Shown here one piece after another: positions 47,779-57,926 of a DNA stretch of 64,000 nucleotides (positions are counted from its first letter, which is position 1; each line of letters starts with the position of its first letter). The stretch is taken from contig CAVXWO010000003.1 of NCBI GenBank assembly GCA_963765505.1, positions 1,453 to 65,452 of the forward strand. The letters are read 5' to 3'. The DNA is from an uncultured Actinomycetota bacterium (GTDB lineage: Bacteria > Actinomycetota > Acidimicrobiia > Acidimicrobiales > Bog-793). The notes below the pieces were generated by a model. It saw only the letters and a list, made by a program, of their open reading frames with translations. It had not been told where the DNA came from and ran no database searches. A program made the position numbers and the translations under genes.

Positions 47779-48864
47779 TCACCCGAGCTCGGCGGCGCGG
47801 ACCGTGAGCACATCGGGAAGGTGGGCGGCGACCAGCGCGAAGGAGTCGCCCTCGTCGCGGCTCACGTAGACGCAGCCGTCGCGTGTGCCGAGGTAGACGC
47901 CGGTGGGCTCGGCGTCGTCGACGGTCGCGGCGTCGCGCAGCACCGAGACCCAGCACCGGTCGGGCAGCCCCGACCCGACCTCGTTCCAGCTGCCGCCGGC
48001 GTCGTTCGTCCGGTAGCACCGGAGCCGGCCGCCCGGCGGCACGCGCTCGCTGTCCGCGGTGAGCGGCACCACCCAGGCGATGCCCGGGGTGCTCGGGTGC
48101 GCCATCACGGTGAAGCCGAAGTTGCTCGGCAGCCCGTCCTCGATCGGCATCCAGGTCCTGCCGGCGTCGTCCGAGCGGTAGACGCCATGGTGGTTCTGCG
48201 CGTACAGGCACCCGATGCCGGTGGCGTCGGCGGCGATCTTGTGGACGCACTGGCCGAACTCGGGATGGGGGTTCGGCAAGAAGTAGGCCGAGATGCCGTG
48301 GTTGGAGGCGCGCCACGACGTTCCGCCGTCGTCGCTCGCGTAGACGCCCCCGGTGCTCATGGCGACCCGGAGGCGCTCGGAGTCCGGGTCGGCCAGCACC
48401 GAGTGCACCGCCGCGCCGCCGTAGCCCGGCGCCCACTCGCTCCGGTGCGGGTGGTCCCACAGGCCGCGCACGAGCGAGAAGGACTCGCCGCCGTCCTCGC
48501 TGCGCCACAGCGACGTCGGCTCGCACCCGGCCCAGACGACGTCGGGACGCCTGGCGGCGTCCGGCTGCAGCTGCCAGACCCGGGCCAGGGCGGCGCCGGT
48601 GTCGGCGGGGAAGCGGATCGCACCCTCGTCGCGCTCGTGCCACGAGTCGCCGAGGTCGTCGGACCACATCACCGTCGGGCCCCAGTGCTCGCTGCGCACC
48701 CCGACGAGGAGGCGGGGCTGCGCCCGGCGCGTGTCGATGGCGATCGCCGGGACCTCCCGCATCAGGAAGTGGGGGCCCTCGAGCGACCACGTGCGGCGGT
48801 CGTCGTCGCTGCGCGCAAACCACAGGCCCTTGCGGGTGCCGATCGCCAGCAGCAGGGAAGCCAT
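47779..48864 (-). CDS. Asp-box (BNR) repeat beta-propeller protein
   Basis: Six Asp-boxes: SDDLGDSW, SEDGGESF, SDDGGTSW, SDDAGRTW, TNDAGGSW and SRDEGDSF. ATG at 48864 is preceded by GGAGGAG. No signal peptide is evident. Confidence 0.8.
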   Translation of the reverse strand: MASLLLAIGTRKGLWFARSDDDRRTWSLEGPHFLMREVPAIAIDTRRAQPRLLVGVRSEHWGPTVMWSDDLGDSWHERDEGAIRFPADTGAALARVWQLQPDAARRPDVVWAGCEPTSLWRSEDGGESFSLVRGLWDHPHRSEWAPGYGGAAVHSVLADPDSERLRVAMSTGGVYASDDGGTSWRASNHGISAYFLPNPHPEFGQCVHKIAADATGIGCLYAQNHHGVYRSDDAGRTWMPIEDGLPSNFGFTVMAHPSTPGIAWVVPLTADSERVPPGGRLRCYRTNDAGGSWNEVGSGLPDRCWVSVLRDAATVDDAEPTGVYLGTRDGCVYVSRDEGDSFALVAAHLPDVLTVRAAELG

Positions 48865-49826
48865 CGCCGCTCCTCCGTGTCTGGTCCGCGCCGGACCGTA
48901 GCGAGAGGGTGCCGTTCGCCCGCCCGGCATGATAGGTGAGGACCGCGTCGGTGGCTCTCCGACGCCGCGAGCCCGGGCCAGGCCGTGACCGGCTCGGTGG
49001 ACCGACCGCCGCCGGCTGCGTCCCCGCTCAGCCCGTCCAGAGACCGGACGCGGTCGCGGAACGGCGCGGTGCACGGTGGCCCGTCGGCGACCTCCACGAC
49101 CGGGAGCGCGCGCGGGTCGCTCGGCACGGTGACGAGCTCCGCCGACCTCGTGCCGTACTGCGGGGTGTGGACACAGCAGGCGGCGAGCTCGGGCGGCCCG
49201 AGCTGGATCGGCGCGTCCGGCCCGCGCGCTTCCGCAGGCGCGTCAGGCGCCGGGACGGTGTGGTCGGCGAGCAGGGCGCGGAGCAAGGAGGCGAGCTCGG
49301 CGCCGTCCATCCCCGCGGCGCCACCGGCCAGCTGTCGCACGTGGGTCACCTTGGCCGAGGGCGCGCCGAGCGGGCGGTTCTCGAGCACGTGGATGCCCGC
49401 GGGGAGCTCCGTGACGAGCGGCGCCGCCGTCGCGGTCATGTCCATCGAGTACAGCGAGGCGCGGTCGCCGACGAGCAGCCAGCACGGGTTGTAGTCGCCC
49501 GGACGGAGCCGTGACGCGACGTCCTCCACGGCTGCCCGGGCGTCGCGGTGCGCGGCGAGCGCCAGGGGCAGCTCGCCGCGCGACCGCTTGGACGGGTCCC
49601 GACCGGCCGGGGAGGGCCGGTTGGTCAGCCCGGCGACGACGCCGTGCTCGTTGACGGCCAGCCACGTCCCGCCGGCGAGCCCGTCCCGGCCGCCGAGGAT
49701 CCGGGGAGCCGCCGCGCGCAGCACGGCGATGCTCTGCGAGGGCCGCGAGTAGCGCTCGTCGCGGTTGGCCGCGACGACGAGCGGCGCTCCTCGCACGACC
49801 CGCGAGAGGACGACGAGGAGGCACAC
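48762..49826 (-). CDS. NRDE-family (TANGO2/DUF833-like) protein
   Basis: MCLLVVLSR...PLVVAANRDE at the N-terminus, with Cys2 as in Ntn-type folds, and GGTWLAVNEHG. The last ~35 codons overlap the next gene and may be read-through. Confidence 0.8.
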   Translation of the reverse strand: MCLLVVLSRVVRGAPLVVAANRDERYSRPSQSIAVLRAAAPRILGGRDGLAGGTWLAVNEHGVVAGLTNRPSPAGRDPSKRSRGELPLALAAHRDARAAVEDVASRLRPGDYNPCWLLVGDRASLYSMDMTATAAPLVTELPAGIHVLENRPLGAPSAKVTHVRQLAGGAAGMDGAELASLLRALLADHTVPAPDAPAEARGPDAPIQLGPPELAACCVHTPQYGTRSAELVTVPSDPRALPVVEVADGPPCTAPFRDRVRSLDGLSGDAAGGGRSTEPVTAWPGLAASESHRRGPHLSCRAGERHPLATVRRGPDTEERRWLPCCWRSAPARACGLRAATTTAARGRSRAPTS

Positions 49827-49862
49827 GCCCCGCGACGGTAGGCGGAGACGAGTGCGCCACGC

Positions 49863-50069
49863 TCAGTCGTCGCTGTCCTCCTCCTCGCGGGTGGCCGGCC
49901 TGGCCAGGAACGTCGGCTCGCGCGGGCTCGTCGGATCGACCGCCGCGAGCCGGGCGGCGCAGGCTCTGAGGAATGCACGGACCCGCGTCCACGCCGAACC
50001 CGCATGGCTCGGGCCGCCGGTCGCTGCGGTCCGCCCGTTCGCGCGCGGCTGCTCCTCTCCGTCGCTCAT
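49863..50069 (-). CDS. possible 68-aa protein with an acidic C-terminus, first gene of the NRDE operon
   Basis: ATG at 50069 is preceded by GGGAGGGG. GC3 is about 88%. It ends REEEDSDD and lies 36 nt upstream of the NRDE start. Confidence 0.4.
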   Translation of the reverse strand: MSDGEEQPRANGRTAATGGPSHAGSAWTRVRAFLRACAARLAAVDPTSPREPTFLARPATREEEDSDD

Positions 50070-50309
50070 GGCGAGCCCCTCCCTGCGCGTGGGACGGGGA
50101 ACGTGGGCGACCGCGCCAGCACCGGGGTCCGTGGGCGGGTCACGGTGCGGCCCGGGGCGCACGGCCCCAATGACTTGCAGAGTTATAGGCGGCCCGCGTC
50201 CCGGCTGTCCCTAGGGAAAACCCTAGTTCTCGCGGATCGTGCAGCGAGGAGCAGGAAGAGCGGCCTTCCCGCAGCATGTCGATTACGCTCCTGTCATCCG
50301 GGGTGCAGC

Positions 50310-53095
50310 ATGACGACGGCTCGCGGCCACGATCCAGGTCGCTTCACGCGCCCGTTGCTGGTCGGGCGGCGCGCCGAGCTCGACGTGCTCGACGGCGCGC
50401 TCGCGCTGGCGCGCGGGGGGCAGCCGCAGCTCGTCCTCGTCGAGGGCGATGCCGGCATCGGCAAGACAGCCCTCGTCGACCGGTTCCTCGGCACGGCTCG
50501 CCACGACGTCGTCGTCCTGCCGCGCACGCGCCGACGAGCTGGAGTCGCATCTCGCCTTCGGCGTGGCGACGCAGCTCCTGGCGAGCAACGTGCCCCCAGG
50601 GGCGCGCGCTCGGGTGCCTCCCGTGCCGTTCCCGCGCGACCTCGACCCGCTCGCCGCCGGTGCGCAGCTGCTCGCCACCCTCGGCGAGCTGCAGGGCGAC
50701 GCCGCGACCGTCGTGGTGGCGATAGACGACGTCCATCTGGCCGACAGCTCCTCCACCGCAGCGCTCGTCTTCGCCGCTCGCCGTCTGCTCGCCGATCGCG
50801 TGCTGCTCGTGCTCACGGCTCGCCCCGGTGCCCTCGACGCCGGCTGGGCGCGCCTGCTCGCGACCGGAGCGGGACGGCGCCTCGTGCTCGCCGGGCTCGC
50901 GCCCGAACGGCGTCCGCGAGCTTGCTGCGCAGCTGGACGTCGCCCTCAGCGAGCGCGAGGCGCGCTGGCTCCACGGTCAGACGGACGGCCACCCGCTGTA
51001 CGTGCTCACGCTCCTCGAGTCGGACCCCTCGCTCGCCCGGGCTGATCCGCCGGGAGTCTCCGCCCTGCCGCCGCCGCCGGCGCTCGCCGCTCTCGTCGTC
51101 GCCCGGTTGGAGCGATGCTCGCCCAGCACCCGGGACCTCGTCACCGCTGCAGCGGTGTTGGGGAGGTGGTGCCCGCTCACGGCCGCCGCGGCCGTCGGCG
51201 GGGTGGACGACCTGCCCGGAGCGCTCGACGAGGCCGTCTCGGCCGGGCTCCTCCTCGAGCCCGTGCCGCCGGGTCGCGAGCTCCGCTTCCCGCACACGCT
51301 CGTCCGCGCCGCGGTCTACCAGCACCTCGGGACGTCGGGCCAGGTTCGCCTGCACGAGCGCGCCGCCGGGGTCACCACCGGCACGATCCACCTCCACCAC
51401 CGGCTCGCCGCGGCGACCGGCGCTGACGAGCGCCTCGCCGGAGAGTTGGAAGCGGTGGCCGCCGGGGAGCGCGCCGCGGGGTCGCTCGTCGCGGCGGGCG
51501 AGCACCTGCGCCAGGCCGCCGAGGTGAGCCCCCGTGGAGCCGCCGCCGACCGGCGGATGCTGGAGGCCGTGGAGACCTGGCTCGTCGCCGGCGAGGCGTC
51601 GCGCGCCCTGGCGCTGGAGGATCGGGTCCGCGCCATGGACCGTGGCGCGCACCGCGATCACGTCATCGGCTACCTGGCACTCGTGGGGGGGCGCCTCCCT
51701 GACGCCGAGTCTGCGTTCCGGCGGTCGTGGGCGGAGATCGAGCGCGCCGGTTCCGCCGAGGCGGCCGGCGCGCCCGCCGACCTCGCCGGCCGGATCGCCG
51801 TCGGCATGGCGAGCCTCGCCGTCGTCGACCTGAACGTCGACGAGGTGCTCGTCTGGGGAGAGGCGGCCCGCCGGTTCGCCGTCGGCGACGCGCGGACGGT
51901 CTCGTTCGGCTTGTTCTGCTGGGCCCTGTCGATGGGGACCCTCGGGCGCGGCGCGGAGGCGCTCGTGGAGCTCGACGCGCCAGTCGTCCCCGCGACGGCC
52001 GACGTGTTCGCCGCCCGGGGCCTCCTCGAGCTGTGGACCGACGACGCCGGGGCCGCTCGCACCCACCTCGCGTTGGCGTTCGCGCGCTCGCGCGCCGGCG
52101 AGCCGATGCCGCGTCAGCCAGGCACTCGGCTTCCTGGCCGAGGCGGAGTACCGCCTCGGCCGCTTCGACGAGGCCGCGGTCCACGCCGAGCTGGCGGTCG
52201 AAGGGGCCGCCGAGGCGGGACGCGTCTGGGACCTGCCCCTGCTGCACTCGCTCGCCGCGTACCCGAGCGCGGCGCGCGGCGATTTCGAAGTCGCCGCCTC
52301 GCACGTCCGGCAGGCGGCCGACTGGGTGGCCCTCGCGCCGATCGCGGCGTTCCGCTGCTACGCGGCCGCCGGACCGCGCGGCGCTCGCGCTCGCCCAACG
52401 CGACCTCGCCACCCTCCTCGAGGCCGGGCCGGAGCTGGAGGCCACCTACCAGCTCGCCGACCCGGGCACGGTCACCCTCGGCCCGGTGCTCGCCGAGGCG
52501 CTCGTCGAGTCGGGTCGCCTCGACGAGGCGGACCGGGCCCTCGCCCGCTACGAGCAGCGCGCACGAGCCGTGGGACGGCGCTCGGCGCTGCTCGGCGCCG
52601 TCCGCGTCCGCGCCAGCCTCCGTGCCGCGCTCGGGGAGCACGCCGCGGCCGCTGCCGCGTTCCGGGCCGGAACCGAGCTGGCTGGGGGGCTCGACCTCCC
52701 GCTCGAGCACGCCCGGCTGGAAGAGGCGCGCGGCCGCGCGCTCGCGCTCGCCGGCCGCAAGGGTGAGGCCAGTGCCGCCCTGCAGGCCGCGTGCAGCGCA
52801 TACGAGCGCATCGGCGCGCGGCCCTACGCCGCCGCCGCCCGTGCCCACCTCGCCGGCCTGGAGCCAGTCGAGGCGGGACGGCCCCCCGTCGTGCTCAGCG
52901 CGGCCGAGGCGATGGTGGCCCGCCTCGTCAGCGCCGGCCTGTCCAACCGCGAGATCGCCGAGCAGCTCGTGATCAGCGTGAAGGCGGTCGAGTACCACCT
53001 GACGAACATCTACCGGCGTCTGGGCGTCTCCTCACCGCGTGAAGCTCGCCCAGCTCGTCGCGCCGCCCGCGGCGGACGACCAGCCGGCCCGCTGA
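50310..53095 (+). pseudogene. LAL-type LuxR-family regulator (AAA ATPase + TPR + C-terminal HTH), multiply frameshifted
   Basis: Walker A GDAGIGKT. Readable segments alternate between frames, with joins near 50520, 50908, 52110, 52372 and 53035. The LuxR HTH is LSAAEAMVARLVSAGLSNREIAEQLVISVKAVEYHLTNIYRRLGV. The family-like tail RVKLAQLV needs one further shift to reach the stop at 53093-53095. Confidence 0.8.
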
Positions 53096-53147
53096 GCCCG
53101 GCGCAACCGCTTCGGGGGCGCCGGGCCAGGGGCGCGACCGGCCGGGC

Positions 53148-54164
53148 TCAGGGCGTGACGACCACGCGTCCGCGGATTCGCCCGCCCACCAGGTCGGCGA
53201 ACGCATCCTCGAGGGACCCGAGCGGGTAGCGGGAGACGTCGACGCGAAGCGCGCCCCGTTGCGCGAGCCGCACGACCTCGGCGAGGTCGGTCCGGTTCCC
53301 CCAGAAGCTCGTGGTGACGTTGACCTCCGGGGCGATCGCCGCGAAGCCGACCTGCACCGTGCCACCCGCCAGGCCGACGAGCACCACGTGGCCCCGGCGC
53401 CGCGCGAGCTGAGCGGCCAGCGCCGTGGTCTCCTCGGCGCCGACGATGTCGAGCACGGCGGTCGCGCCGCCGCCGGTGAGCGACCGCACGCGGTCGACGA
53501 TGCCGGGCTCGGCGGGGTCGAGCGCATGGTGCGCCCCGAGCGAGACGGCCGTCTCCCGCTTGTCCGGCGCGGTCTCGAGCACCACGATCTCGGTCGGGCT
53601 GAGGACCCGCAGGAGCTGCACCGCGCACTGGCCGAGCCCGCCGGCCCCGATGACGACGGTGCTCGACCCGGGCCGGAGCGCGGGGAGGACCTTCCGGATG
53701 GCGCGGTAGGGGGTCAGCGCGGCGTCGGTCAGCGGCGCGGCGTCCACCGGGTCGAGATCGCCGAGGGGGACCAGGTGGCGCGCCGAGGGGACGAGGACGT
53801 ACTCCGCATAGCCGCCAGGACGGCCGATGCCGAGCCAGCGGCCCGAGGGGCAGAGCTGCTCGTCGCCGCCCAGGCAGACCTCGCATGCGCCGCAGCCGAA
53901 GCCGCCGAACACCGCGACGGCGTCGCCGGGCTGGACGGCCGCCGGGCCCGGCCCGAGGCGCTCCACGTGACCGGCGACCTCGTGGCCGAGGATCCACGGG
54001 AAGTACGGCAGCTCGTTCGCCTCGTGCCGGCGGAGGTGGACATCGGAGTGGCACACACCCGCCGCCGCCACCCGCACCAGCACCTCGCCGGGGCCGGGGT
54101 CGGGCGCCGGGACCTCCGTGATCTCGAGCGGCGAACCGTAGCCGGGCAGCAGCGCAGCGCGCAT
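53148..54164 (-). CDS. zinc-dependent alcohol dehydrogenase family protein
   Basis: Contains GVCHSDVH, GHEVAGHV, CGACEVCLGGDEQLC and IGAGGLGQ. AAGGAGG precedes the ATG at 54164. Confidence 0.9.
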   Translation of the reverse strand: MRAALLPGYGSPLEITEVPAPDPGPGEVLVRVAAAGVCHSDVHLRRHEANELPYFPWILGHEVAGHVERLGPGPAAVQPGDAVAVFGGFGCGACEVCLGGDEQLCPSGRWLGIGRPGGYAEYVLVPSARHLVPLGDLDPVDAAPLTDAALTPYRAIRKVLPALRPGSSTVVIGAGGLGQCAVQLLRVLSPTEIVVLETAPDKRETAVSLGAHHALDPAEPGIVDRVRSLTGGGATAVLDIVGAEETTALAAQLARRRGHVVLVGLAGGTVQVGFAAIAPEVNVTTSFWGNRTDLAEVVRLAQRGALRVDVSRYPLGSLEDAFADLVGGRIRGRVVVTP

Positions 54165-54327
54165 CCACGAGCCTCCTTCGGAGCCGATTCCTGCACACGA
54201 GCCTGCGCCGGCTGCCATCTTCTACCCGCGCCCTGCCGGGGCCGCGACGGCCACGGCGGTCTCCGACTCGCTCCGCCGGCCGGCGAAGGATCAGTGGAGC
54301 GGTGGTCCTCCGTCGCTTGCCCGAGCC

Positions 54328-54759
54328 TTAGCGGGCGTTGATGTACTCGACGAGCTTGTCCCGATCGGTCTGCAGCTCGTCGATCCGGCTCTTCACGACG
54401 TCGCCGATGCTCACGATGCCTGCCAGCTCGCCGTCGGACACGACCGGCACGTGGCGCACGCGCTGCTCGGTCATCGTCGACATCAGCGAGTCCGTGTCGT
54501 CGTCCGGCGAACAGGTGTGCACGGTGGTGGACATCACCGAGCTCACGGATTGCTCCATGATGGCGCCGCCGAGATCGTTGAGTCCCCGGATGACGTCGCG
54601 CTCGGACACGATGCCCTCGATGTGCCGGCCATCCGACGACACGACCAGCGCGCCGATGCGCTGCCGGCACAGTGCCACGACGGCGTCGGCGACCGTGGCA
54701 TCGGCACCGATCGTGGCAACCGCCGTGCCCTTCGCCTCGAGCAGCGCAGCTATCCGCAT
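54328..54759 (-). CDS. CBS-domain pair protein
   Basis: 143 aa with two CBS repeats (IGALVVSSDGRHIEGIVSERDV and VRHVPVVSDGELAGIVSIGDV). GGAGGAA precedes the ATG at 54759. Confidence 0.9.
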   Translation of the reverse strand: MRIAALLEAKGTAVATIGADATVADAVVALCRQRIGALVVSSDGRHIEGIVSERDVIRGLNDLGGAIMEQSVSSVMSTTVHTCSPDDDTDSLMSTMTEQRVRHVPVVSDGELAGIVSIGDVVKSRIDELQTDRDKLVEYINAR

Positions 54760-54857
54760 GGCTGTTCCTCCCCGGCTCGCGACCGTCCGCCACTCAATCA
54801 TGGCGCGCGACGGGCCTTGGCGCGTCGCCGATGCGGACGGAGGTGCCGTGCCCGCGA

Positions 54858-55547
54858 TCAGGAGCGCAGGATCTCGATCACCGAGTCGGTGTCGCCGAGG
54901 TCGGCGAGGACCGCGTCCGCGCCGAGCGTGCGGAGCTCGTCCAGCCCGGCCCGGCCGGTCCCGACCAGCAGGCACCGCACCCCGCCGGCCCTCGCGCAGG
55001 CGAGATCGTTCTCCGAGTCGCCGACGACCCAGACTTCGAAGGACGCGAAGCGCTTGCCGCGAAGGCGCGCGACGCGCTCGCGCGCGATCGGCACCAGTTC
55101 GTTGCGGTCGGCGTGATCGCTGCCGAACGCGCCGACCTCGAGGTCGAGGAGCCGATCGAGGTCGAAAGAAGCCAGCTTCACAAGTGCGTTCGGGGCGATG
55201 TTGCCGGTGAGCACGGTCTGGATCACGCTCTCCTCGGCGCCGAGCAGCAGCAGCAGGTCCTCCACGCCCGGGAGCACCCGGCCGTGCGCGCGAACGAGCT
55301 CCTCCGCAGCCAGCAGCTCCGCCTGCAGGTGCTGCAGGACGGCCGGGACGTGGACCTCCGGGTGGGCGATGGCGAGCATCTGGAGGTACTCCCGGACGAT
55401 CTGCGGGTCCGTCTTGCCGCTCATCCGCACCCGGTCCGGGGGGCGCACCCCGAGTGCCCGCTCGATGGCCCGATCGAACACCTGAGCGCCGATCTCCCCG
55501 ACGCTGACCAATGTCCCGTCGATGTCCCAGAGGATGAGTCGCTGCAT
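54858..55547 (-). CDS. HAD-superfamily hydrolase (phosphoglycolate phosphatase-like)
   Basis: Motif I ILWDIDGTL, motif II TGN, and motif IV VGDSENDLACARAGG. The ATG at 55547 was verified. Confidence 0.85.
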   Translation of the reverse strand: MQRLILWDIDGTLVSVGEIGAQVFDRAIERALGVRPPDRVRMSGKTDPQIVREYLQMLAIAHPEVHVPAVLQHLQAELLAAEELVRAHGRVLPGVEDLLLLLGAEESVIQTVLTGNIAPNALVKLASFDLDRLLDLEVGAFGSDHADRNELVPIARERVARLRGKRFASFEVWVVGDSENDLACARAGGVRCLLVGTGRAGLDELRTLGADAVLADLGDTDSVIEILRS

Positions 55548-55747
55548 CCGGCGAGTTTGGCCGCGTGCGGGCATCGCGACCAGTCCGGCACCGGCCGTCT
55601 CAACCATCTGCACGATGCCTCGTACCGCGACCGGGCCTATCTCGCCAGGCTCCCGCGCCACAAGATGCGTGTGCGGAGAGGCCCGGTACCCGCCGTCTCG
55701 CACAGGGCCCGCTCGAACGTGGCAGGCCCCGGGAGAAGGACTTACGC

Positions 55748-56080
55748 ATGAAGATCCTGCTCGAAGGAGACCCCCGCGGCGAGAAGATCGTCGAGCTCGT
55801 CCCGCGTGACGCGCCCCCGCCGCGCGAGATCGTGGTCCAGGACCAGTTTGGCTTCCCGGTCGACCACCGGTTCCGCTATGTCGGCATCCGCCAGATCGAC
55901 GAGAACGTCGTCGGCCTGTACCGGCACGTCCAGGTCATCGAGTCCTGGCCGACGACGCCGCTGCTGCCGGCACGGCGAGCCGAGGAGCTCGCGACAAGCT
56001 CCGCCGGGGCGCCGATCGCGCTCCCGGCCGTGAGCGGCCCCGTCGCCCCGGTCCTGCCGATGCCGTTCATCTCGGGCTGA
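55748..56080 (+). CDS. hypothetical protein (110 aa)
   Basis: ATG at 55748 follows GAGAAGGA, with GC3 bias. No recognised motif. Confidence 0.45.
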   Translation: MKILLEGDPRGEKIVELVPRDAPPPREIVVQDQFGFPVDHRFRYVGIRQIDENVVGLYRHVQVIESWPTTPLLPARRAEELATSSAGAPIALPAVSGPVAPVLPMPFISG

Positions 56081-56288
56081 CGGGGGACGACGCCCCACCG
56101 CGAGGCCGCGGCATCGCCGCGCGCACAGGCAGATCGCACTCGGATTGCAGCAAGAACTGTAATCGAATAGCGATTGACGCGATTCCCTGTAACTCTTAGG
56201 CTGCCCCGGGACCCGTGCGGCTCAATATGCTCGTGGGCGCCATGCAAGTGCTGCTGACCCGGGCAGCCTGCACAGGGGAGGAACAGCG

Positions 56289-57677
56289 TTGAGATCTCTC
56301 AAAGCGTCACGTCTCGTCACCTCCGCACTTGCGTCACTGTTGCTCGCTGGCGGGGCGTTGGCGGTCGGTTCCGGTGCGGCATCGGCCTCTGCCGGCCACC
56401 ATCACGGTGGCTCGAAGGGCGGCCATCACGGGCGGTCCCACCATCACCACGGCGCCGGGGGCGCCGGCAGCTCCTCCGGTGCCACGTTGTACGTCGCCCC
56501 GCCGGCGACGCCGACCACGTCGGTTGCTGCGGTGACGACCGTGCCGGCCACGAACCCCTGCAATACGGCCGCCTTCTCGACGATCGGAGCCGCGGTGACC
56601 GCCGCGTCGCCCGGTGACACGATCATCGTGTGCCCCGGCACCTACGCCGAGGCCGTGAGCATCGCGAAGTCGCTCACGCTCGAGGGCGAGAACGCGACGG
56701 TGGACGCGACCGGTCAGAACGTCGGGATCCAGGTCACGGCGTCCAACTCCACAATCGAGGGTTTCACGGTCGAGAACGCCACCGGCGAGGGGATCCTGGT
56801 TGGCACGGTCCTTCCACCGGTCGCGACGGCGAGCGCGGTGATCAGCGTGAGCAACGTGACGATCGTCCATGACGTCGTCAAGGACAACGACCTCGGTGGC
56901 GCGCAAGCGTCCCCGACCTATCCCGAGTGCATGGCCGCAGGCGGGATCCCGGGCGACTGCGGCGAGGGCATCCACCTCGACGGTGCCTTCGACTCGACGG
57001 TCGCCCACAACTACGTCACTGGCAACTCGGGCGGCGTCTTGTTGTCCGACGAGGCGGGCCCGACGCACGACAACGTCATCGAGGGCAATCTCGTGATCGA
57101 CAACCTCTTCGATTGCGGCATCACCTTCGGCGCGCACAACCCGAACGTGTACGACATCGCGACCGGCCAGACGAACCCGACGGTGGCCGGTCTGTACAAC
57201 AACAAGGTGCTCGGCAACGTCTTGATCGGCAACGGCTCGAAGGGCGAGGGGGCCGGCGTGCTCCTCGCCGCGAGCGGACCGGGAACCGCGACCTATGACA
57301 ACCTCGTCTCGGGCAACAAGCTGGCCGGGAACGAGCTGTCCGGCGTGACGGTGCACTCGCACAGCCCGGCAACCGTCGTGAACGGCAACAATGTGGCGTC
57401 GGACGACATCAACGGCAACGTCGTGGTCCACAACGCCATCTACACGAACAACACCGGCTCGGGCGACTTCCCGAACGGTCCGACGGCGGCCGGCGACACC
57501 GCCACCACCGGGATCCTCGTGTACTCAGCGTTCTCGCCGGTGGCCATCACCATCGGTGGCAACCGGATCATCGCCGACACCACGGGGGTCTGGCTCACGA
57601 ACAACGTGACGGTCACGGGGCTTGCCAGCAACAAGTTCATCGGCGTGGGGACGAACGTCGTGACGAGCGCTCCCTAG
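56289..57677 (+). CDS. secreted right-handed parallel beta-helix protein (NosD/pectate-lyase-fold) with an N-terminal His-rich tract
   Basis: Signal peptide LVTSALASLLLAGGALAVGSGAASA, then HHHGGSKGGHHGRSHHHHG. Repeated NxxIxGNxI-type coils follow. A TTG start follows GGAGGA. Confidence 0.8.
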   Translation: MRSLKASRLVTSALASLLLAGGALAVGSGAASASAGHHHGGSKGGHHGRSHHHHGAGGAGSSSGATLYVAPPATPTTSVAAVTTVPATNPCNTAAFSTIGAAVTAASPGDTIIVCPGTYAEAVSIAKSLTLEGENATVDATGQNVGIQVTASNSTIEGFTVENATGEGILVGTVLPPVATASAVISVSNVTIVHDVVKDNDLGGAQASPTYPECMAAGGIPGDCGEGIHLDGAFDSTVAHNYVTGNSGGVLLSDEAGPTHDNVIEGNLVIDNLFDCGITFGAHNPNVYDIATGQTNPTVAGLYNNKVLGNVLIGNGSKGEGAGVLLAASGPGTATYDNLVSGNKLAGNELSGVTVHSHSPATVVNGNNVASDDINGNVVVHNAIYTNNTGSGDFPNGPTAAGDTATTGILVYSAFSPVAITIGGNRIIADTTGVWLTNNVTVTGLASNKFIGVGTNVVTSAP

Positions 57678-57696
57678 CTCCGCACCTCGGCACGCG

Positions 57697-57729
57697 CTCG
57701 GCCCGGTCCCTCGTGGGGACCGGGCCGAG
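57697..57729 (+). terminator. perfect 14-bp hairpin 20 nt after the beta-helix gene stop
   Basis: CTCGGCCCGGTCCC, loop TCGTG, then GGGACCGGGCCGAG. No U-tail (I-shaped, as is common in GC-rich genomes). Confidence 0.55.
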
Positions 57730-57926
57730 CCGCGCCCGGGGCGGGGCGCGTCCGTGCGGGTTCGATCCGCGACGACCGCATCCGGCGCGCGCCTATCGAC
57801 AGCGAGTCCGCGAAGAGTTCAGCCGGCCGCGACACTGCTGACGCGGAGCGTTCAGTCCCCTTGCGTACGGTGACCTTCTCGGGCGACGGCCGGGGACGGC
57901 CCCGTGTTGGGGGACAGGAGAGCCAG

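Noticed and set aside
47481-47813. Reading the ThiS/MoaD-like gene as part of a canonical cysO-cysM-mec or molybdopterin (moaD-moaE) cluster
   Set aside because: No CysM (PLP enzyme), JAMM protease, MoaE or MoeB/ThiF homolog is present anywhere in the window. Its immediate neighbours are a propeller protein and a PIG-L deacetylase.
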